This document shows, piece by piece, positions 53,039 to 64,000 of a DNA stretch of 64,000 nt. Where the stretch lies: NCBI GenBank assembly GCA_951406725.2, contig OX597816.1:41416001-41480000 (forward strand). Direction: 5' to 3'. A program made the translations under genes and the position numbers. This DNA is from Octopus vulgaris. Lineage: Eukaryota. Under the pieces are notes generated by a model. It was not told the DNA's origin, ran no database searches, and worked only from the letters and a program-made list of their open reading frames with translations. The first letter of the stretch is position 1. Every line of letters starts with the position of its first letter.

Positions 53039-55295
53039 GTGTGTGTGTGTGTGTGTTTGCGTGTACGTATATATATGCTCTTTCTGTTGCATGCATATAT
53101 ATATATATATATATATATATGGATATATATATGCATGCATGCATGGAACAGAAAGAGCATTTCGAAGATTGGAACAAACAGAATGAAACAATCAAAAACA
53201 AAATTGTTGCGTTATAGCAGCGCAAACCCGGAAAACCGAAAAGCAAAAATAATTGCATAATGTCTATGAGATGAGAGAATAATAACCATTAGTAAATATA
53301 TAGTATAGAAAAAATAACGGGAAATAAAGAGAGAAATATTCGGTGAGGGAATAATAAAAATCAAAAACAGTATTAAAAAGAAACGTTATAATTTTTGTGC
53401 TCGCGTATGTAAATGAATGTGTGTGTACTGTCGAAGCATAAATGAAGATAAATAGGAAATTGAGAGAAGCTGCCTTGCAGGGGTTTACGTAATCGCACCA
53501 GCACAAGGGAATCAATTGAAGTATATATAAAAATGCATGTATCAAGTGAACGTATTATAATACGTTATGGCGCACACATGCGTATAGACATATCTTTTCA
53601 CAGGTATGAAGACGAAAACGTACTTCTCTATAAAAAAAGTCAACACATGTGCATCTATAACGTTTATTTCTTAGAACTCTAGGCCTATTATATAAAAATA
53701 TATCATGTACAACCAATCCAGCCCCCATATATATGTGTATATATGCGTGTATACGTGTATCTATACCTAGGTGTACATATTTAATGGGCGTGAATACATA
53801 TACGCTTACAGAATAAATCACTTGATTTTACTTTGGGAATTATTTTCCTGATTATTAGATTTTATAGAATAATTTGCTAGAAAGTGATGAATCCTATTTC
53901 AACTATCCAGCTTGACTCATTAATGCAGATATTACTCTGTGAAATTTAACATTGCCACAAAATTATAATGAATATATATTGTTAAATTCAGTGAAAATCC
54001 AAAAAAAATATCCCGAATATTTACTGTGGTAGAACCAGATACGATATCGTGAAAAATGAAGCTAATCTATATTCAATGTGTGAAAAACAACATCTAGCTT
54101 TTACACAGATTAGATTAGTTTTGTAGTTACGGTTGTTTATGATATATTTTGTTCACGTTTTGTTACGTACATATTTTATATGAGACTCATAACACCGGGT
54201 AACACAATTTTATTTCTTTTTGCCATTGCTCAGTTAGTGATGTTTCTTATTTGCTTCTGTTGTTTCAAATTTTGGTTTTTTGAGGTGGACATCAATGTTT
54301 TGAAACTGAACTATTTTCCATTAGATTTCAGACAGATTCCGCGCTGGGATGCTGAAGCAGAAATATTGTTATAGCAAATATTTTGCTCAATACCATAGAT
54401 TTGCTAATCATTTCCTTGGCCGTAAATATTTGAGCCTGCTCCTTAGTGGCTGACAATATGTAAATCTTTGGTGATGAGCTGGAGTAATGTGGGAGAATCA
54501 TAGCCATGTGTCAAGAAGGATTCTTTGGGGCTTAAATAAAGATAAGAAAACAGAGTCTGAAAGAAATATTAGCCATTTTTCATACATTCCAGGCCTCAGT
54601 AAGTAGGAAATAACAGTTTCTACTCGAGGATAAAAATCGTGTTACACAGTTTAATCAAAGACGATAGGGCTTTCAGAATCTCTTTCACTTTCGACCCATT
54701 GTTTAGGACTTTATTTGTAGTATAATTCATGGTTTTGGAACATTCACTATTTCTAATAAATCTACTGATCACGTAGATGCGTATTCATGAGTTAGAATAA
54801 CTGTTTTGTTGTTAGTTTTTTTTTCCTTAACCCTTCTTTACGTGCAATTGGGTAGTCCTGTAATGAGTATAATTCCAGCTGTAAACACACATCGGGTGTT
54901 TTCTGACATAGCAATCTAAGTCACAGATAAATATGTATCATATACAAAATAGAAATATACGGAATAAAATGGAACATAATTTATTTTTAGCACTCTCATA
55001 TAGTGGAAAATACAACGTTGTATATTCCTTTTAGTTTCATAAATCAATTAAACTCTGATAAATTGTAACCAACCAAAATATGATGATATGCACTTCCATT
55101 TCCTCATCCAGGATGCAGGAGAAAAGACAAATATTATTAGTGCCTATCAACATTGAATGTCATTATACTGAGTAGAAAACGGACCGACACAAATCTTTTA
55201 CGTACTTACGATCTCGCAATTGCTGTGATGCAGCTAAAATAAATACCATATACCCATATACATACATACACATGCATACACCCACACCCACATAA

Positions 55296-55358
<63 letters not shown>

Positions 55359-55359
<1 letters not shown>

Positions 55360-55728
55360 TGAAAAATAGGATAAAATCTTTATAAGAATTTATAAAGTAG
55401 TTAGCCTGAAAGACCTCATAAGGGAAAAAATCCATCAACTATTCCTTTTAAATATATTTATATATATTAAGGGCATTACTATACATAAATGCCTCATGCT
55501 AGGAGGGAATCTTGAAGTCAAAACTACCATAATAAAATACATTGCAGCGAACGCGAGGGAATGCAACCCACCTCGAAGCGAGCCTTTTAAAACTAAATCC
55601 AGTTTCAAAAAGGCTCGCTTGGAGCGTTGTATTCCCTCGAGTTCGGTACAATGTGTTTTATTATGGTTGTTTTGACTTTAATAGTCCCTCCTAGCGTGAT
55701 GCTTTTATGTATAGTAATACCCTTAATA

Positions 55729-55735
<7 letters not shown>
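55359..55735. mobile_element. TA-flanked imperfect palindrome with ~100-bp left-only extension
   Basis: Arms ~55460-55594 and 55601-55733 with a 6-nt loop AAATCC, and (TA)n on both sides. Confidence 0.8.
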
Positions 55736-55775
<40 letters not shown>

Positions 55776-56502
55776 GTGATATATATATTCGTGATATATA
55801 TATGAAACTGCACATTATGTAAGTGGAAGTGGATTAAAGGAATTTGTGTGTTTTCATAAAATTAGGTCGGAGTAACGTTATGTTATGCAGTTTATATTTA
55901 TGCAGTTTGTGTAATTGTGGTTGAAGATGTAAGCGCAGTGACTATCAGCTGTTTGTTTACCCATGATTAAATGTGACTTATGTTTATATCTCTGCGTAAT
56001 AAATTTGAGAAATGCAAATATATGAACAGTGACATTTGAGTTTATTATACAAACATAAATGGTTTTACTTCCTAGCGAGCATGTTTCCATGAAGTAACTC
56101 AGTTAGTTGATACAGAAATAAAGGAAATACTTTGTTTTAGTTTTATGCAATGTGTTGCCATATTTGTTTTATTGTGTTCTCTTGATAAGCGATAATTGTT
56201 TGTGATGTAACTATTTGATAGATATCATTTAATAGATAAATATTGCGTAGGTCATTCTCTAGTATGACGATATCAAGTAAAATTATCATCCGTGCTTATA
56301 ATTCGTACATTCCATAGTGCAGTGTTTGCTAACTATGATAGGTCTCACAATGCGAAGAAAACTGGTAGTACACAACACAACCGCAGGCAGCACATGAATG
56401 TAGAGCTAATTATCGAATGGTGCACAAAGTGTTGATATATAGCAGATGCTCCATTTAAAAAAAAAATCACCATGGAATTTGATCCCATGTTTCTCTAATG
56501 AT

Positions 56503-56737
56503 ACTCTCTTTTACTCTTACTCTTTTACAGGTTTCAGTCATTTGACTGCGGCCATGCTGGAGCACCTCCTTTAGTTGAGCAAATCAACCCCGGGACTTAT
56601 TATTTGTAAGCCCAGTACTTATTCTATCGGACTCTTTTGCCGAACCGCCAAGTAACGGGGACGTAAACACACCAGCATCGGTTGTCAAGCAATGCTAGGG
56701 GACAAACACAGACACACAAACACATACACACACATAC

Positions 56738-56769
<32 letters not shown>

Positions 56770-56942
56770 ATACATATATACGACAGGCTTCTTTCAGTTT
56801 CTGTCCACCAAATCCACTCACAAGGCATTGGTCGGCCCGGTGCTATAGCAGAAGACACTTGCCCAAGATGCCACGCAGTGGGACTAAACCCGGAACCATG
56901 TGGTTGGTAAGCAAGCTACACCACACAGCCACTCCTGCGCCT
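56503..56942 (-). mobile_element. SINE family B, full length, antisense
   Basis: Reverse complement of the 12531-12930 consensus, including the head CCACACAGCCACTCCTGCGCCT. Confidence 0.9.
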
Positions 56943-58544
56943 ATGTTCACAATAATATCATAGGTAGTGGGAGTTTAATTGTAAGTGATTTCTCTGCTCA
57001 ACATTGGGACGTCATGTTTGTTGTACTATTAGGTATGAGCTATGTGGTTATGTGTGTGCAGAATAAAAGACAGGAATCAAACTTGTTTTGCTTTTGAAAT
57101 AAGAGTTTATGACAAATATATGCGTATAATACTAATTCAGGTTTTAAACATGCATTTCCAATTTAAAATATACATTCATAAGGGAATCACGTCCGAGTCA
57201 GTAACATAGACTCCTAACTGAAGTAAATTAAAAAGAATAACAGATAAAAAACGATATAATGGAGAAACTATTTGAATATTTGTGTATCGACGGTAACGGT
57301 CGAATCTCAAACAGAGATTCTCAGTAAAAGCTAAAACATATTTGACGCTTTAAAGCATGTGAGGAATATTAAATCATTAGATCACGCTCTCTTTTCTTAG
57401 ACCCATTTTGTACGTCTCACCAAAAATAAAGTCTTTAATATTATTTGGGTTTCATATTCACATTGATAACAATTATTGTCATTAAGCAGATCAACACTAA
57501 TGCAAGTTTCTTTATCTTCTTTTCCAGCCTCATATTCATGGTTTTGCTGTTCAGATTAAGCGTAAACAACACAGAATATGTTAAGATTTGTATTGTCATC
57601 GAATGATATAGAAGCTATGTATCATCATATACAATATCATCCAATAGTTCGTAATTAATTATTCATATAGTCATAGCATCTCAGTTAGTAAAGACCGAAT
57701 GGACAGGAAAGGAGTGAGATGCGGATGCGATGCAGTCTTGGAATGTATTCTAAATATAAACACGCGTATGATATTCATAATAAATGCAAAGAGTTAAACA
57801 TGTAAACGTCTGAATCAATGGAATCCTGTGCGCATGCATGCGCCACTTTCAGTATACGAATAGCAACCTGTTATATTATTATACGAGAGATGGTCTCGAA
57901 TAATATATTGTCACTCGAGGAAAATATAATTAAACGTTCATGCATACCAATTAGTATATGGCGAATTTTCTGTCTGGTTTGTTAAAGAGGATATTGTCCA
58001 TAATTCTGTAAACCTAAGCAAGTTGATAACCAGAGGCATATTTCGTAACTTAAAAGACCATTACTATTGCGTTGCAGGTAATAAGATAAGATGAAGTCGA
58101 ATGTTCATCTCATCAAACTTGTTATAAACAGAATGCCGCTATAACAAAATTCTTGTAGGCTTTCTCGGCGATCTAATGTTATGTTGTTAATAATACTTTA
58201 TATATGCTAATTAAATTTTAATAATCACAAAATATATTTTATACACGAAGTAAATATTCTGTACAAGAAAAAACGAGAGCATACATTCGTGTGTATGTGT
58301 GTGTATGCGTGTGTGTGTCTGAGAACTTATCTTTCTGCATTTCAGAATTACTCCTCTATCTATTAACACACAGACACACACATTCAAACACGCAGACACT
58401 GGCACACACACATACACCTACGTTCATGTATTTGTTTTAATGTGAAATCGTGTGTTACTCTTATTGCCATTGTTATTGTTATACATGGGAATGGTCATAT
58501 TTTGCCCCTCAAATATTCCTGTTATATTTGGTCTTCACTAAAGC

Positions 58545-58633
<89 letters not shown>

Positions 58634-59915
58634 CATTCAGTAGTTTTATTTTTATAGCGTGCTTTCACTTCACTACCGAGCACAGCTCTCTATGCCTTGG
58701 GTATGTGCTGTAATTTGTTGTGATGCTCTGATGGTTATTGTATGGAAAGTGTTCTGCGTAGGATGTGTGCAGTGCCTAATAGTGCAATTTTCTGTATGTT
58801 ATATGTGTTTGTAAGTCCTGGTGTTTTTGTTATATATTTGTCTGAATATTTTTTTTATCATGCCTAATGCACCTACTATGATAGGAATTGTTTCTGTTTT
58901 CAGATTCCACATTCTAGTTACCTCTATTTCCAGGTCTTTGTATTTTGAGAGTTTCTCCATTTCTTTTAGAGACACGTTGTCATCAGCCGGTATTGATACA
59001 TCAATTAGAAAGCATTTTTTTCTTCATGATCTCTGACAACTATATCTGGTCTGTTGGCCTTAATTTCTCTATCTGTGTGTATCGGCATATCCCAGAGTAT
59101 GGTTGCTTTCTCGTTTTCTGTGACCTTTTCTGGTGTGTGCCTATACCATCTTTTTTCTGTTGTTATTCCATAATGTTGGCATAGCTTCCAATGTATCTAG
59201 GTTCCAACTCTGTCATGTCTGTGAATATATTCCTTCTTAGCCAAGACTGGGCAGCTAGAGATAATATGATTTATTGATTTTTGTCCATCTCCGCATATTC
59301 TGCAGTTACTTGTAATATTTCTTTTCATTACATGTTTTTGGTAATTTCTGGTGGGGAGGCTTTGGTCTTGTGCTGCAATTAAAAATCCCTCTGTTTCTGC
59401 TTTGAGTCCTGAGCTTCTCAACCATTGCTGGGATTTTTCTTTGTCTATTTCTTTTGCGTTTAGTTTAGTGCAGTATTTACCATGAAGGGGCTTTTCTTGC
59501 CATCGTTTTATCATGGTTCGTTGCTGTTCTATTTTTAGTTTGGATTTCATTTGTTTTATAGCTTTTGTTGTTTCTTCATCTTCTTCTTCTTCTTCATGTT
59601 TATTAGGTGGTATGATTTCTTGTTTGTATTTGTCAGCTTCCTTAAATACTGAGAACAGTTTTTTGTTTTGCTCGTGTTTTGCCGCTATCTGGATCAGTTT
59701 TTCTTCCTTCTGAAGTAGATATTTTTGCAGTCCTATGGTGGTTATTTTATAGTAGTTTTCCAGCTGTATAAGGCCTCTACCACCTTCTATACGTTGTATA
59801 TATAGTCTTTCTATGTCAGATTTTGGGTGATGCATCCTAGATCCTGTCATTATTTTTCTTGTTTTCCTATTTTGGTCAGTTCATTTCGTGTCCAGTTAAG
59901 GATATTGTAGCTGTT
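58634..59915 (-). mobile_element. R4/Dong-type non-LTR element (restriction-like endonuclease), 5'-truncated, in (TAA)n
   Basis: HHPKSDIERLYIQRIEGGRGL, AAQDQSL, CRICG..INHIISSC and HRHDRV, then a premature stop. TAA tracts on both sides. Confidence 0.9.
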
Positions 59916-59918
59916 AAT

Positions 59919-60011
<93 letters not shown>

Positions 60012-60019
60012 TTATTATT

Positions 60020-60478
60020 ATTTTTCCTTCTTTCTTCAAATTTTTTTCCGTTTCTCGCAGAGTGTTTTCCATACACCTAGGGCAGAGAAGCTCATTGTAT
60101 GAATTCCCAGATTACACGCTCAAATTCACAGATAAAATATGTATCTAAAAATTAATAAATAAATAAATTCATGGATGGATGTTGTTTTCACAGCGATAAT
60201 GCTCTTCTCAGTACATGAGCCGTTCCAGTTAACACGATTTTTTGCAATTCATGTAGGGATGGTAAGCCTGGAATCATTTTGATATAGGTTTCAGAACTTT
60301 TTTTTTATCATTCCTAGAGATCCTACAATTACTGGTATTGTAGTTGTCTTGATATGCCACATTTTTTCAATCTCATCGTTACAGAATTGGCATTTTGGGT
60401 CAATTCATTTTTTATCACATTGGCTTGGTAGTTCCGACTTAATAAGCTTTGGTCTTGAGCAGCTAATATGAAACCTTC

Positions 60479-60480
<2 letters not shown>
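60020..60480 (-). mobile_element. Second R4/Dong subfamily 3' fragment with internal deletion
   Basis: EGFILAAQDQSLLSRNYQANVIK...DPKCQFCND joined directly to EIEKMWHIKTTTIPVIVGSLG...LQKIVLTGTAHVLRRALSL. Confidence 0.75.
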
Positions 60481-60563
<83 letters not shown>

Positions 60564-60570
60564 GTTATTA

Positions 60571-61937
<1,367 letters not shown>

Positions 61938-63075
61938 TTAGTCTCTTTTTCAAATCTCTTTCGTCACACATCCAGTGTTCTCTTCAGTTACTCTTTATTT
62001 CACGTGTCTCTTCTTGTTCCGCTTATTACATTTTATTTCTCCGTATTCTTATCTGCCTATGCGGTTGCAGCTGTATCTGTTTATCTGTGTGTGCTTACGC
62101 ATGCGTGTATGTACAACTGATTAGTAAGTGTGCTTACTATGTGTGCTTTGCGTGCTTGTATATGTCTTTCCATACTACGCTGTACCCGTGTCTTTTTTGT
62201 CTATTTTGTTTATTTATTCCCTTCCTTACTCTCTCTTCATTCGTCAGAATGCGCAGTGTGGTGCAGTGGTGCGTGTTATTATTCCATTCATGTTTTCTGT
62301 TGAAACTTGATCTGTGTATTACAACATGTGTCCTCCGTAATCTGTCTGAATATCATGTCTCTTCTATAATTGCTAATATCATAACATCTACGTTATTAAC
62401 CGTGCCTCTATGTTCCAAACTGAGCATGTTGGTGGAACACTGACGAGCGTTTCTTCTCCTTTAGCGTTCACCTATCCTCTCACCTGTCCTACGTGTTGTC
62501 TCCAAATTGTATTGTCTGGTTTCTGCACCCTCCATCACTACAAATTATACTGAAGACTACATTTCTGAAAGTTTACCTGTGGATTCATGGTACACTCCAT
62601 ACAATTGCTATACATGCAGGGAGTACTTTCAGATACATATGTTGTACAGATCAGGGATGGATTTTACGGGGTCCCCGGGCTCTCTACTACTTTAATTTGT
62701 AGATTCGTCATACCTAAGGTGTTTCTAAAAAGATGTGATAATTCGCCCCTAAGAAAAGATAAATCTATAGATAAATATAATAAATATTTAAAAGACATGA
62801 ATGCAAACAGTATAATAAGTAAACCCATGAACACACACACAAAACACACATACTAAAAGCATAGACCCCCCACAGACGCACAGACACAGATACAGACGAG
62901 AGCTCATAGAAATATACTGATGGCACTCCAGAAAGACAACACGGAATAAGCAGAAAAAGAGGAACGCGAGGGATAAAAGTCTTTGAAGCGGTCACAGGCT
63001 GTATGGCAAAAGAACTTGAACAAAAAAGGAAAATAAAAATAAGTTGAAATGACGACCAAATATATAATGCGTGCA
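61938..63075 (-). mobile_element. Old PLE 3' fragment (decayed GIY-YIG) with probable inverted 3' copy
   Basis: Minus-strand remnants GELSHLFRNTL..LQIKVVESPG, ETTRRTGERI, SSVFHQHA, RQITE and RKHEWNN. An HHR-like CTGAAGA..GAAA lies at 61950-61990, and 62940-63030 resembles the reverse complement of 61940-62030. Confidence 0.55.
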
Positions 63076-63117
63076 CTTAATTGACAAAAATATGACCATC
63101 CCCACGTATAGCAATAT

Positions 63118-63187
<70 letters not shown>

Positions 63188-64000
63188 ACACACACATACA
63201 CACATACAGACACATACGCAAGCACTATGCACACACGCGCATATATCCGATCTGGACGGTATTTATATTCTATCAGAAATGGCCGACCAATTACTATATA
63301 TCCTCAATGCGGGAATGATACTCAATTCATTGATCCCATAACAATGGAAGGCAACGTCTATCTGGGAGTAATTAGAACGGAGAATGTAAAGACGGAAAAA
63401 TACAATAAAGCATTTTGTCCCGCATGGTAACAATCCTGCTATTCACCCTCATCCGGCATAACGGCATGAAAACAATTTATACTAAAACATAGAGTCCGTC
63501 TTCTCATATGGGGAAATTAAGCGAGCTTATTCAAATAGCATGAAGACCAACACCATTATAGAATAATAATAAACGTTATTTTATGGATTTAAGCCATAAT
63601 ATTGAGATAAGTCTAATGTTCAATGGCAGATAGTTAAGAAATTGCTCTAGCTTCGGTCACACTGATTATAACATATACATGCACATGTGTGTGTTTGTGT
63701 GTGTGTATGTGTGTATGTATGTATGTATGTATATATGCATAAACAGAAACTAGATTGCAGATATTGAACACATACATTTGATGACTGTGGAATAAAGAAA
63801 TGTCAACGATGAAAATGAACAATTATACGGATTTAGAATCAACTTCTGCAATTTTGACTAAATTTTCAGTTTCATAATTTAATTATCTGCAAATATGGAA
63901 TGAAGACAAGCTGTCTCTCCGAGTGGTCTTGTTAATTTACACTAGCTTTCAACCATAGGAATTTTAATGCATTATCTATTTTCTGTTCTTATTTTAAATT

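Noticed and set aside
57826-57845. GCGCATGCATGCGC palindrome as an NRF1-like promoter site
   Set aside because: An isolated short motif with no associated gene or CpG-rich context.

Overview
AT-rich, microsatellite-saturated animal DNA with no convincing host gene. The SINE families and TA/CA/TAA density suggest an octopus-like cephalopod, but this is inference. Almost every long ORF is transposon-derived. These include several Penelope-like elements (PLEs; one near-intact RT+GIY-YIG ORF at 38698-40851 and a 2.9-kb fold-back insertion at 35101-37983), RTE, CR1/L2 and R4/Dong-type LINE fragments, a Helitron with a Pif1-type helicase, a Chapaev3-like relic, mariner relics and at least four tRNA-SINE families. 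The most interesting signal is non-coding. At least five unrelated (TA)n/(TAA)n-anchored element families carry hammerhead-ribozyme (HHR) motifs near their 3' ends. These include canonical minimal type I HHRs, a U3-A8 compensatory variant, and a candidate strand-permuted/pseudoknotted HHR (20886-21032, duplicated at 21670-21816). Several of these insertions share one geometry: the downstream copy stops at an internal TA-rich site fused to the microsatellite, while an upstream inverted or tandem copy carries an extra 3' tail (about 80-155 bp in the four clearest cases). One 428-bp insertion is little more than a ribozyme plus its own antisense. All RNA structures were read by eye and none has been tested.
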